DNA of 64,000 nt from positions 1 through 64,000 of the IMG/VR virus record IMGVR_UViG_3300024283_000010; one strand, 5' to 3'. This document shows, piece by piece, positions 49,583-59,600 of the stretch. Position numbers and translations under genes: made by a program. The notes under the pieces were generated by a model. That model made no database searches. It was given only the letters and a program-made list of their open reading frames with translations, and had not been told where the DNA came from. Position 1 is the stretch's first letter. The number at the start of each line of letters is the position of its first letter. The stretch is from a virus. Its lineage: Duplodnaviria > Caudoviricetes.

Positions 49583-50268
49583 CAATACCCGAACTTAAAT
49601 CACAATTTCAAGATACTGAAGAATATCATAAACACATTAACGACTTATTTTGCCAGTTGGTAGACAATGATAATACGCTTAAACAGCATAGGGATTTTGT
49701 TGAAAATGGCTACGGATTTGGCGAACGTGCATTTTGGTGGCTTTGGAAGTTGATATGTGATGAACAGAAACAGGGTTTTAGTTTCTTGGAATTAGGTGTT
49801 TACAAATCGGCCACACTTAGTCTTATAAAACTTTTACGACCCGATGCAACGGTACACGGAGTTAGCCCATTATCGAGCGAAGGGGGTTATCCTGACTGTA
49901 ATTACTGGCAATGTATACAGGATTTACACGGTCATTTTAACCTTGACATGCCTGCTATAATAAAAGGGTTAAGCAACGAAAACTGGATAGTTGAAAGAGT
50001 TAAGGAAATGGGTAAATGGGATGTCATATATGTTGACGGATCACATAAATATTCTGATGTTCTGTTTGATTTAAGTACTTACGCACCTTTGGTAAAGTCG
50101 GGTGGTTATTTGGTGATGGATGATGCTAATGTTGACTTAAATTTGTGGTGGGGAGCATTCAGAGGGCATCAGGAAGTCACAGATGCTAAGTTAAAATGGT
50201 TAGAAACACAGACTGATTTTGAATTTGTATGCTCAGTAGTGCATATTTCGGTTTTTAAGAAAAAATAA
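49579..50268 (+). CDS. Class I SAM-dependent methyltransferase (Methyltransf_24-like)
   Basis: 'FLELGVYKS', 'DVIYVDGSH.Y..V..DL', 'LVKSGGYLVMDD'. Confidence 0.85.
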   Translation: MTIPELKSQFQDTEEYHKHINDLFCQLVDNDNTLKQHRDFVENGYGFGERAFWWLWKLICDEQKQGFSFLELGVYKSATLSLIKLLRPDATVHGVSPLSSEGGYPDCNYWQCIQDLHGHFNLDMPAIIKGLSNENWIVERVKEMGKWDVIYVDGSHKYSDVLFDLSTYAPLVKSGGYLVMDDANVDLNLWWGAFRGHQEVTDAKLKWLETQTDFEFVCSVVHISVFKKK

Positions 50269-50269
50269 A

Positions 50270-50292
50270 CCTCCCCGCCAACCGCAGGGAGG
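50270..50292. terminator. Hairpin at convergent junction
   Basis: CCTCCC / GGGAGG stem flanked by A/T tracts. Confidence 0.5.
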
Positions 50293-50297
50293 AATAA

Positions 50298-50522
50298 TTA
50301 GGCCAATGGAGCGTTAGCAGCAGCTTTAATAGTTGAAGCCTGCTCGTTACAATACAATACAGGTAGTACAGGGTTGTTGGTAAATACTACAGACCTGTTA
50401 AAAGGATAAGTAGTAGCAGCCCAGTCCTGAACGTCAAGTATTGAATAAACGCTTAAATTGTGTGCCTTTGAAGGCGGTGTTGTTCCTAACTGTTGAGCCG
50501 AAACGGTGATAATGTTTGCCAT
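50298..50522 (-). CDS. Small protein antisense to the cluster
   Basis: 74 aa, MANIITVS..; TATATTTA upstream and hairpin downstream. Confidence 0.55.
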   Translation of the reverse strand: MANIITVSAQQLGTTPPSKAHNLSVYSILDVQDWAATTYPFNRSVVFTNNPVLPVLYCNEQASTIKAAANAPLA

Positions 50523-50571
50523 AATGAAATGAAATTAAATGAATATTGAAGTAAATATATAAATTATTTGG

Positions 50572-51519
50572 ATGCAAGTATTATATTATTCCCCTACAAC
50601 TTGGAGCAATACTGATTTTTACCGCACTACGGGTGTACTCCCTTTCATTAATCACCCTGACATTATAACCAGAGATGTATCGCATTATGGTGGAATTAAC
50701 CAATACGATATTGAAGGTGCAGACGTCCTTATCATACAAAGGCCGGGAACGCCAAATGGCTTGCAAATGATAAGGAATGCTAAGTTGGCAGGGTTGAAGG
50801 TAATTACAGATTTTGACGACAACGTGATTAGTGTAAATTTCCTGAACCCGACTTATCCGCAGTACCAGCAACAACGAGACATAATTTTAAAATGTATTGA
50901 ACTATCGGATGAGGTTTGGGTAAGCACACAATCAATAAAAGAAAGTTTCGGAAGGGGAGTTGTGATACCCAACGCTTTGAATGAGGATATTATGGGTAAG
51001 TGTGCTAAATTTAACAAGGGTTCAAATAAAATAGTATGGAGAGGCGGGTCTTCACATGAAGGCGATTTATACGAAAATGCCGATAATATTGTTGAGATGG
51101 TTAATACTCATACTGAATTAGACTTTTATTTCATAGGGCATAGATTTACTTATTTTGAGCAACGGTGTGGAGATAACTACAATTCGGTTGAGGGAATGCC
51201 AATAATGTCGTATTTCAGCTACTTGAAGCAATTAAAACCACTTGCAATAATATTTCCACTTTCAGATCATCTATTAAACAGAGGTAAAAGCAACATTTCA
51301 TATTTGGAGGCTACTTTGGTAGGTGCCTCTTATTTTGGTAACACGACATTGCCGGAGTTTGATAAAATTGAAGTGCTACCATTGGGTCTATTTGATGATT
51401 ACATCAGCAATGAGGATGTATTATCAAAAACACATGCTGCCGCTATAGGTGATGTTCAGAAAAATTTCTTACTTTCGGATATAAACAAGTTAAGAATAGA
51501 GTCACTTTTGAACATATGA
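50572..51519 (+). CDS. Glycosyltransferase-like protein (GT-B/GT4-like)
   Basis: 'DVLIIQRP', 'VITDFDDN', 'VIPNAL', 'IVWRGG.SH..DL', 'N..KSNI.YLEA'. Confidence 0.7.
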   Translation: MQVLYYSPTTWSNTDFYRTTGVLPFINHPDIITRDVSHYGGINQYDIEGADVLIIQRPGTPNGLQMIRNAKLAGLKVITDFDDNVISVNFLNPTYPQYQQQRDIILKCIELSDEVWVSTQSIKESFGRGVVIPNALNEDIMGKCAKFNKGSNKIVWRGGSSHEGDLYENADNIVEMVNTHTELDFYFIGHRFTYFEQRCGDNYNSVEGMPIMSYFSYLKQLKPLAIIFPLSDHLLNRGKSNISYLEATLVGASYFGNTTLPEFDKIEVLPLGLFDDYISNEDVLSKTHAAAIGDVQKNFLLSDINKLRIESLLNI

Positions 51520-52322
51520 TTGACACCATTGACCTAAAAACCGCTGTTATACAGTTTAACTACGTGCTTATAAAAGCAGACCATAGGTATGATTACCATG
51601 AAATACCAACACCTGACGGAAAAGTAAGCCTTCAATTAGCCTATTTCAACCAAGATAACTCAAAATACCTGTCTATAAGCGGGAAAGTGCTGTTACTACC
51701 TCAATCAAAGTGGTTTTTTGCCAATAAAGACGATGGGCATGGTGATGAATTTAACGCTATGGTTCGAAACTCACTGGAATTTGACGCCAACTTTGATGTC
51801 AGGGTTGGCGATAGGGTATTTTTTGACTATCGGGAGCAAATTGACGCTGAATCAGAGATAAGATTGGTAAGAACGGCTGATTATGGGCTATGTGTGTTAG
51901 TCAGACAGGATAGAATCTACGGGGTGCATGAAAATGGCGACTTACGACCTGTAAATGGATACGTTTTCTTTTACCGAGACCAGTTACCTGACGAACTAGA
52001 GTTAAGCAGTGGTATTTTACTCACAAGAAAGCAAAATAAGTACGGTTTAAACACCGCGACAGTACTAAACGCTGATGAACCTTGTAAATCTCACTTAGAA
52101 CACGAGGATGAGCCTGGTATTGAACTTCAATCGGGTGACAGGATATTGCTGATGAAAAACCGGGGCTTTAGAATAAGTTATGAGGTGGGTAATGAAGACT
52201 TGAGAAATATTGAAGTATGCCAACGGAAAGATATTTGGGATAAATGGGACAATATTTTAGGTTGTATACGGGAGTACGAACACAGGAAAGCAATCAGGGA
52301 ATTTGAAGGAGTGCCGATATGA
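51516..52322 (+). CDS. Protein with tandem GroES-like domains
   Basis: Two units: 'NYVLIK...SISGKV...VRVGDRVFF' and 'PVNGYVF...LSSGILL...LQSGDRI'. Confidence 0.5.
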   Translation: MIDTIDLKTAVIQFNYVLIKADHRYDYHEIPTPDGKVSLQLAYFNQDNSKYLSISGKVLLLPQSKWFFANKDDGHGDEFNAMVRNSLEFDANFDVRVGDRVFFDYREQIDAESEIRLVRTADYGLCVLVRQDRIYGVHENGDLRPVNGYVFFYRDQLPDELELSSGILLTRKQNKYGLNTATVLNADEPCKSHLEHEDEPGIELQSGDRILLMKNRGFRISYEVGNEDLRNIEVCQRKDIWDKWDNILGCIREYEHRKAIREFEGVPI

Positions 52323-52849
52323 GATACGACGCCACCATAAAAGAAAAATTGACTGATAAATACCCGTCATTACGGGGTATAACCGATGATGATAAGCTAT
52401 TACGGGTGGTTTTATTCATGATAGACGAGGAAAGCCCATACTTACAGGCAGACAGGGATAATTACGAGGGAAGACTGAATAAAATACTCAAAGATTTAAA
52501 GGCCGAATACCCCGATATTGTTTCAGGTGAAAACACCGAGTATAACCGTATAGCCACGGTAATTTTCAGCATGATGGATAATTTGGCTTACGTTATGTGG
52601 CAGTCTAAACTCATCAACTTCCACCAACTTAATATGTTCCTGCGCCAACCTATGAAGGTGGATGACATAGAGAAAACGGTAAAGGACAGGCTGAGTATAG
52701 AAAAGCAGTTACCTGATATTCACAAGTCATTGGTGGACTACGAAAAGCAAATATTCCCCGATGCTGAAACAAGGAAAGTAGTACGTCAGGAAACAGCAAG
52801 GTTATTACAATATGCTGAAAAAAACGCGGTAAATAAAACAACGATTTGA
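52319..52849 (+). CDS. Hypothetical helical protein (terminase small subunit candidate)
   Basis: 176 aa, overlapping the start of the large terminase; position only. Confidence 0.4.
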   Translation: MRYDATIKEKLTDKYPSLRGITDDDKLLRVVLFMIDEESPYLQADRDNYEGRLNKILKDLKAEYPDIVSGENTEYNRIATVIFSMMDNLAYVMWQSKLINFHQLNMFLRQPMKVDDIEKTVKDRLSIEKQLPDIHKSLVDYEKQIFPDAETRKVVRQETARLLQYAEKNAVNKTTI

Positions 52850-54963
52850 AAAAGTATACAGCGGATTGGTCGGTAGTGAGCGGGTACACAGAGTTTGGCG
52901 GGTACAAAATACCACTACCAAGTATGCCACCACTAAAAGATATGGTCAACTATGGCTTGCCTGAGAAAGACCAAAAATTTAGACACACTGAAATACCTAA
53001 ATCATTATTACATCGTAAGAACCGTGTCACTAAGGAAGAAGAAGAATGGATACAGAACGAGTGGCACAAGCGAAAGAACGGTATATGGATAATCATCAAA
53101 GGGAAACCACTCTATTTTACAGGCCCTTACTACTTCTTTCTTAACTACTGGTGGACAATAAAAAATATCCATCCCGGTTTTCGTTATTTTCAGTGCTGTG
53201 TATTCCAGTTATGGAACATGGTGGTGCGTAACGTAGATTGCTACGGGCTATTCCTTATCGGTCCTCGTCGAGGCGGTAAGACGGAGTTTACATTAGGGGA
53301 AGAATACGAGTTCTGTAGCCGCGTCAGGAACGTTCAGGGACACAATCAGTCCAAGAACGATGAGGAAGCCTACAAAAACTTTAAGCGCATTACACGGGCT
53401 AATAAGAAGATGATTTGGTTCATGAAGCCGGTTCATAAAGGCAGTGATGACCCGGAAGATCGTTTGGAGTTCTTCTACCCATCCGAGCGTATGACCGATG
53501 CCAAGATGAAAGGCATGGCTGAAAAGGATGCTGATATTGACGAGGTAAAGTATAGCGAGGAAGAATTAGCGTCAAAGATCGATTTTGAACCGGGGAAGGC
53601 AAGTGCCTATGATGGTCAGGAAACAAACAGGGGCATCCTGAACGAAGCGGGCAAGCTGGAAACAATGTCACTGATAAAGTGGTGGGAAGTATTCAAGCCT
53701 ACCCTTCATTATTTTGATGGGGCGCAGATTGTTGGGAAGTGTTGGGTAGAAAGTTCAATTGAGGAGATAGATGACAATCAGATTGAGGAAGTAAACACTT
53801 TTTGGAGGGATAGCAATCAGGATGAACTAAACGAAAATGGGCGTACCACTACAGGATTGTGGCGGGTATTTATAACTGTGGAAGATGTGGCTGAACCCGA
53901 TGATTGGGGCTTCCCTAAGCGTGAAGAAGCTAAAATGCGTTTAGAGCGTGAGATAGCTAACTTACGGGCGAGAGGTAAAGAAAAAGCGATAGGCTCATTA
54001 CTAAGGAAATCGCCTCGTACTATTGAAGAAGCGTTAACACCAAGCGGGGAAAAAGGCTCTTTTAACAGGGAACGCCTGATAGACATATTACAGCGCTTAG
54101 ATCACCCTGAGTCTTACGGACTACCAAATAAGGAATGGACAGTAAGGGGTAACTTTGAATGGGTTAATGGGCAAAGGGACTCTAAGGTAATATTCAGACC
54201 GTGTGAAGACGGGAAATGGGAAGTATCGCAGTTGCTGAAAGACGGTAAGGATAACCTGAGTACGATTATGGGTGGTATCCGTTATCCCGGTAATATACGA
54301 AATTTCAGAGGTGGATGTGACCCGTTTGAGCATGATATAGCAGAAATAGTTGACGCTAACCGGGCATCTAAAGGGGCAGGAATGATATTCAGGATGTATG
54401 ATGATATGGTTGATGGGGCAAAGAAGCATGATGACGGGACGCCTATAGATTTTGGTTTTGAATGGGAAAGCAATCAGGTGGTAGCAGACTACCTGTTCAG
54501 GGAAGAAGACCCAAATGTATTCTTTGAAGATATGATTATGATGCACGTTTACTATGGTACGCAGATGAACGTGGAAAATAACAAACGGTCTATCAAAGGC
54601 TATTTCCGGGCAAGAGGTTATGCCGAATACCTAATGGACAGGCCAGAAAGCACTTTCGACAGCAAATCATACGAGGCTAAGAATATTAAACAGGTAGGTA
54701 CTCCGGCTACAGAGGATACGATAGACCAGTACTTTATGGCTATATCTCACTACGTCATGAACTTTAGCAACGCTATCAAACACAGGCGTATTGTGATAGA
54801 TCTTTTGAGTTTGAATAAAAGCAAAAAGTCAAGAACTTCGCATGATTGCGGCGTGGCATTTGGCTGGACACTTTTAGCAAAGGAAAAAATGTACAATCGT
54901 TTTCCGGGTGAGGACTTGGAAGAAGTGGAAGGTAATACGTGGTTTACCTTCGTAAAGGCATAA
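52846..54963 (+). CDS. Terminase large subunit
   Basis: Walker A 'GPRRGGKT', Walker B 'GILNEAGK', coupling 'VESS', nuclease 'GGCDPF', 'NVENN', 'HDCGVAFG'. Confidence 0.9.
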   Translation: MKKYTADWSVVSGYTEFGGYKIPLPSMPPLKDMVNYGLPEKDQKFRHTEIPKSLLHRKNRVTKEEEEWIQNEWHKRKNGIWIIIKGKPLYFTGPYYFFLNYWWTIKNIHPGFRYFQCCVFQLWNMVVRNVDCYGLFLIGPRRGGKTEFTLGEEYEFCSRVRNVQGHNQSKNDEEAYKNFKRITRANKKMIWFMKPVHKGSDDPEDRLEFFYPSERMTDAKMKGMAEKDADIDEVKYSEEELASKIDFEPGKASAYDGQETNRGILNEAGKLETMSLIKWWEVFKPTLHYFDGAQIVGKCWVESSIEEIDDNQIEEVNTFWRDSNQDELNENGRTTTGLWRVFITVEDVAEPDDWGFPKREEAKMRLEREIANLRARGKEKAIGSLLRKSPRTIEEALTPSGEKGSFNRERLIDILQRLDHPESYGLPNKEWTVRGNFEWVNGQRDSKVIFRPCEDGKWEVSQLLKDGKDNLSTIMGGIRYPGNIRNFRGGCDPFEHDIAEIVDANRASKGAGMIFRMYDDMVDGAKKHDDGTPIDFGFEWESNQVVADYLFREEDPNVFFEDMIMMHVYYGTQMNVENNKRSIKGYFRARGYAEYLMDRPESTFDSKSYEAKNIKQVGTPATEDTIDQYFMAISHYVMNFSNAIKHRRIVIDLLSLNKSKKSRTSHDCGVAFGWTLLAKEKMYNRFPGEDLEEVEGNTWFTFVKA

Positions 54964-55028
54964 AAATTGAATTATTATTGTAATTTAAAAATACTATATT
55001 TATCACCCATTAAGCACATAGCTAAAAA

Positions 55029-57365
55029 ATGGATAAAGTAAAATACGCCTCGGTATATGTATCGGAACAAAAATACCCCTTTCCTGACGAGGCAAATCCA
55101 GTAAAAGACGAGGGATATTTCTTGGCTGCCTGTAACGCTATGTGTTCAAAATACTTTATGAACCGTTGTGCGTTACCTTACGATGGGTGGGGAGTGCGCA
55201 GGTCAATAGCTGAACTAAGGGCGTACCGTCACGGCAGGAACAACATCAACAAGTATAAGAACTGGATGATAGGAATGCCTGACCAATCAGGCGAACGAAA
55301 AACAACACTAAACATTTCATGGGATATGACACAGGTATTGCCGCAAAAGTGTGATGCAGTGCTTGGTTTCCTGATGAAAAATAAATACGACATCAACGTT
55401 CAGGCAAGTGATTACGAGGCGTTGATGGATAAAAAGACAAAAGTTGCCATTGCTAAGATCGTAACCGATATTCGATTGGGCAACCTGCTCCAAAACGTAA
55501 ATGCTAATCATACCGTAAACCTTGCCGCACCAAAACCACCTGTAGCTAATAACTCCGTACCCATAAACTCACCAGAAGATGTTGATTTGGCTCAATCGAT
55601 AGGACTGTTTATGTTGGAAGAAGAAGCGGCTTTAGAGAACTTGATTGATACTACCCGTTATATTTCTAAAACAGAAGGGATAGAGGATTTAATTAATGAT
55701 GACCTGATTACTTGTGGTTATTCAGCAAGGCGCGTGTTTACCAATCCTAATACCAACGAGGTAGAGGAAGGCTATGTTGATGTTGAAAGGGCAGTATTCC
55801 CCAACAGCCAGTACAGAGACTACAGGGATGCCTCTTGGGGTGGCTGGTGGGAGAGTATCAGTATAGCTGAACTGCGAAGAACAAGTAACTTAAAAGACAG
55901 GCAAATAGTTGAGATAGCCAGTAAGTACAGGGATAATAACATCGCTAACTTTTACACATCCCTACAAACCAATAACAATCAGTTTGACTTCAGGATGATC
56001 GACCAGATACAGGTCGATGTGTTCAGGGGCTATTGGATAGGCAGTAAGTCAAAAGTAATAACCAGTGTAACTAATAAAAAAACAGGTACATTGGTAGTGA
56101 ATGAAGTTGCAGCCGATTATACTTTAGATAAGCAAGGGATAAAGGATGGGAAAACGGTAGACGCTTTTTCAAACATGACGGTGTATAAAGCAAGTATGGT
56201 GCTTGGGAGTGCTTATATATTTGACTACGGAGAGGATACCGATATTAACTACAAGACCGAAGGCGGTAAAAAATGGCCGTTATTCCCTCTAAAATTTACC
56301 CGTACAGGCTCTACAAGCATCGTAGAACGCTCTATCCCTTTTGTAGATGATGCACAACTCATCATGCTAAAACTGCGTGTAGCGAGGGCTAAAATGCCTG
56401 CACCACCTAACTTAGCTATTGATAAAGGCGCATTGGAGGGCATGAAGATTGACGGAGTATCATACAAACCACAGCAACTGCTTAAAATCCTTCAAGACGA
56501 GGGTTACTTACTGATGGACACTAAAAATCAGTGGGGGCAAAATCAGGGTGCAGGCAGACCCGTAGTACCAATTGGAACAGACCTGATGCAGATAATCAGT
56601 GCATGGTGGGAAGATATGGGTAGGGTTATTGGCATGATTGAAAAAGTTACTGGGGTCAATGATATTTTCGCAGCACAGACACCGCATGAGCAGACAGGGT
56701 TGGGGGTGAGTAAACTTCTTTTAGAAGGGGCGCAAAATTCATTGACGCCACTTATAAACGCAGTAGTGCAGATGACACAGGCAACCTACGAAGTAGTGTC
56801 AAGTAAATGGCAATGTGTGGCTAAGTATGCTACACCTGAACAGAAGAAAAAGTTAAGCATATCCCGTTCATTAGAAATTGTTGCTGTAAGTGAAAAGATA
56901 TTTGACTACGATTTTGATACACAAATAGTTCCCGGAATTGGGGAAGCTGAGCGTCAGCAGATGCTACAAGACCTTATGCAAATGCGTGCCGCGGCCAGAG
57001 CCGGAGGAATACAATCTATGAATGAGCAAGATTATCTCATAATTGAAAACATGCTCAGATCAGGCAAAACCAAACAAGCTCAGATATATACGGCCTTTGC
57101 CATAGCTAAACGCCAGCAACAAGCCAAAGACGAGCAGATGCAGGCTATACAGGCAAACGGCCAGCAACAACAAATGTCACAGCAAGCTAAAGGACAAACC
57201 GATGCCCAGTTACAACAGCAAGAAACACAGAATGAAGCAGCATTACAGGCTCAAAAGGGTCAACAGCAAATGCAGCAACTGATTCAGAAAGAAATCATTC
57301 AAGGGCAAAACAGGATAGCTGAAATAAGGGCTAAGGCTTTGTACGAACCCCGTAAAATAGCATAA
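55029..57365 (+). CDS. Portal protein
   Basis: 778 aa after terminase; 'IEKVTGVND...A', Gln-rich C-terminal barrel as in podoviral portals. Confidence 0.8.
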   Translation: MDKVKYASVYVSEQKYPFPDEANPVKDEGYFLAACNAMCSKYFMNRCALPYDGWGVRRSIAELRAYRHGRNNINKYKNWMIGMPDQSGERKTTLNISWDMTQVLPQKCDAVLGFLMKNKYDINVQASDYEALMDKKTKVAIAKIVTDIRLGNLLQNVNANHTVNLAAPKPPVANNSVPINSPEDVDLAQSIGLFMLEEEAALENLIDTTRYISKTEGIEDLINDDLITCGYSARRVFTNPNTNEVEEGYVDVERAVFPNSQYRDYRDASWGGWWESISIAELRRTSNLKDRQIVEIASKYRDNNIANFYTSLQTNNNQFDFRMIDQIQVDVFRGYWIGSKSKVITSVTNKKTGTLVVNEVAADYTLDKQGIKDGKTVDAFSNMTVYKASMVLGSAYIFDYGEDTDINYKTEGGKKWPLFPLKFTRTGSTSIVERSIPFVDDAQLIMLKLRVARAKMPAPPNLAIDKGALEGMKIDGVSYKPQQLLKILQDEGYLLMDTKNQWGQNQGAGRPVVPIGTDLMQIISAWWEDMGRVIGMIEKVTGVNDIFAAQTPHEQTGLGVSKLLLEGAQNSLTPLINAVVQMTQATYEVVSSKWQCVAKYATPEQKKKLSISRSLEIVAVSEKIFDYDFDTQIVPGIGEAERQQMLQDLMQMRAAARAGGIQSMNEQDYLIIENMLRSGKTKQAQIYTAFAIAKRQQQAKDEQMQAIQANGQQQQMSQQAKGQTDAQLQQQETQNEAALQAQKGQQQMQQLIQKEIIQGQNRIAEIRAKALYEPRKIA

Positions 57366-57396
57366 AACAACTTACTGACTATGTTGTTAATATCTC

Positions 57397-57558
57397 ATGA
57401 ACATTACAGAGATATGGATTGTGATTTCAACGATTGTTTTCACTCTCGCAGCATTCAGCTATCCTAACACAGCTCCCTATTATTGGGGATTTCGTGGATT
57501 TGCTATAATATTGGCAATCATTGGATGGTTTCTTGTATTCAAGAACTTTATTCATTAA
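57397..57558 (+). CDS. Small 2-TM membrane protein (53 aa)
   Basis: Read manually: MNITEIWIVISTIVFTLAAFS...FAIILAIIGWFLVFKNFIH. Confidence 0.45.
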   Translation: MNITEIWIVISTIVFTLAAFSYPNTAPYYWGFRGFAIILAIIGWFLVFKNFIH

Positions 57559-57652
57559 AAAACCCAACCGGATGGAGTATCGCATGTTGGGTCAATTATA
57601 AACCTGATCTGATGAGAACCTAAATCTAATTACAATTTTCTGCAATTGCAAC

Positions 57653-58645
57653 TTACCTTAATAGGTATTTAAACCACTGTGTCACTGAATGATTATGGTA
57701 ATGATCTAAGTCCCTGATATTATCTTCAACTAAGTGCGCCCTGTGTGAAATAACGTATTCAATAACGTTGGCTATATGTCCCTCGCTATTGGGATCGGCT
57801 TTTTTACAGTGCAACCATTCTATTGCCTCACTAACCACTACAGGCACATGCATCCAAATACAATCCGCTGTAACAATATTAAATGTTTCAGTAAACGAAA
57901 CCTGCATACAGGCATCCATTGTGCCTATAAGTTTTAAAAAGTCATGGTGTTCAAGCCAGTCAACTTCTACTAACCTGTGGCGCGTTCCTTCAAATAAGGC
58001 ACGTATATTTTTCAGTATATTCTCTCCGCGCTGTTCTACCCTTGATGCGTTGATGTAGAAATGTACAACCGCGTTACGTCTTTCAGCAAATAAAATAGCT
58101 GCCATTGCCTGACTTAGCTGATTTTTAAAAGGACGTATAGCACCGAAGCAACCAATCTTATACATATGTTTATTAGGCAACTCGCCTACACCGCGCCATT
58201 TTAAAGTTGGGTAGATATTTGGTAGATAAACATTACGAATACCTATTTCATTAAAGTCTTCACTTGTTTGAGCATGGTTGAAGGAAACTACGGATACTTT
58301 CTCATATTCCCTTATCCACTCAACAGCGTTTCCTTCATGCGCTAAGAACGGTGTACGGCTGTGTACACGGGTTACAAATCTTACATTAGGGTGAAGCCGT
58401 ATTAATTCTTTTAACTTTGCAGGACGCACCCAAATAGCCTCAATTATGCATATATGTGGCTTAAACTTGTATAAAAACTTGTCGCAGTCATTATCATCCC
58501 TGCAAAACTGCATCTCAGCACACACGTCAGGGAATTTATTGATTTCTTCAACTACGAAACGTGCCGAATTGCGAAGCCCTGATTTGGAGGGTTGGCACTG
58601 TTCTCCATACTCTTGGGTAGTTTTGACCAGAAATAAAACTTTCAT
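57653..58645 (-). CDS. Glycosyltransferase (GT-B/GT4-like)
   Basis: 'YLPNIYP', 'IGCFGAIRPFKNQ', 'QVSFTETFNIV.AD....VPVVVS'. Confidence 0.8.
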   Translation of the reverse strand: MKVLFLVKTTQEYGEQCQPSKSGLRNSARFVVEEINKFPDVCAEMQFCRDDNDCDKFLYKFKPHICIIEAIWVRPAKLKELIRLHPNVRFVTRVHSRTPFLAHEGNAVEWIREYEKVSVVSFNHAQTSEDFNEIGIRNVYLPNIYPTLKWRGVGELPNKHMYKIGCFGAIRPFKNQLSQAMAAILFAERRNAVVHFYINASRVEQRGENILKNIRALFEGTRHRLVEVDWLEHHDFLKLIGTMDACMQVSFTETFNIVTADCIWMHVPVVVSEAIEWLHCKKADPNSEGHIANVIEYVISHRAHLVEDNIRDLDHYHNHSVTQWFKYLLR

Positions 58646-58714
58646 CCTATAAAGTTAAAATAAAAAAGCCTCACTTTATAGTTAAGGCTTTTATTAAGTT
58701 ATTGTTAATTCTTA

Positions 58715-58921
58715 TTATCTCGGCCACTCTATCTGGCCTTTGATATACTGTTCCCTATCAGTTGTACAACACGTTACAGGAGTTGTAGGCAATACGGTTG
58801 TCGTGTAGTTTATCAGACTGTCCTTTGTAGATGCTGATTCATTGCCAAAATATTTTAGTTCTGTGGGTGGGGTTGCGGCTCCCGGTGCGGGAGGATACGA
58901 AACGGTGATATTACTTGCCAT
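58715..58921 (-). CDS. Small Pro/Thr-rich protein
   Basis: 68 aa, MASNITVS..; followed by hairpin at ~58665-58695. Confidence 0.45.
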   Translation of the reverse strand: MASNITVSYPPAPGAATPPTELKYFGNESASTKDSLINYTTTVLPTTPVTCCTTDREQYIKGQIEWPR

Positions 58922-58947
58922 GATTGTTTTTTATTTAAAGGTAGGAA

Positions 58948-59187
58948 TTATAATATAAAACGAACATCTAATGGACTAATTAAATGACAACCCTCTATTT
59001 CGACACTTGCCAGTTTATTATACAATACAGTTTTTCCCTGCCAACTTGAGTCTGCCTGTGTTCCTATTGCAACAATTCGGCCTGTATTTGGTTTTTGAAC
59101 TGCACTGTCAGGAAGGAATAAACCCGAAGATAATTGGGTAATAGGTTCAGTTGGTTGTATAAGGATACGGTTGCCGAGTATTTTCAT
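58948..59187 (-). CDS. groES: Co-chaperonin GroES (Cpn10)
   Basis: 'LGNRILIQP...LSSGLFLPDSA.QKP.TG.IVAIG...VLYNK'. Confidence 0.85.
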   Translation of the reverse strand: MKILGNRILIQPTEPITQLSSGLFLPDSAVQKPNTGRIVAIGTQADSSWQGKTVLYNKLASVEIEGCHLISPLDVRFIL

Positions 59188-59302
59188 TTAGCATCCTCCC
59201 ATCGACCTGAAACAAGGCGTTGTACTTTTCCACAGTGGGAACATTTGCGAGTTTTGTAGGCATGAAGCCACGTATGTGACAGGAAGAAACAGAATAGGTT
59301 TT

Positions 59303-59506
59303 TCATAATGAAAATTTTATGTCTAATACTTTTTGAAGTTGTTGCAATGTATATGTGGTTACGCTTTTAATAGTGCCACGTTCGATACCTGAAATAGTAA
59401 AAGTAGAAATCCCGCAAAGTTCCTTTAGTTCAGATTGAGTAAGTCCACTTTTTTTTCGGGCTGTCTTTAACTGAATACTTAGTGATAATTGTTCTTCCAC
59501 GTTCAA
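59303..59506 (-). CDS. XRE-family HTH regulator
   Basis: 'LKTARKKSGLTQSEL..LCGIS..TISGIERG'. Confidence 0.85.
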   Translation of the reverse strand: MNVEEQLSLSIQLKTARKKSGLTQSELKELCGISTFTISGIERGTIKSVTTYTLQQLQKVLDIKFSL

Positions 59507-59600
59507 ATATAATAATAGTGATTGATAAATTATAGGAAAACCACATTTTTTTTATAGGTACACCTATAGCTATCTTTATACCAAACATAAAGATATATTT

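Noticed and set aside
44953-54963. Inteins in DnaB or terminase
   Set aside because: Lengths are ordinary, motifs are contiguous, and no C/S...HN-C/S/T splice junctions or LAGLIDADG blocks are seen.
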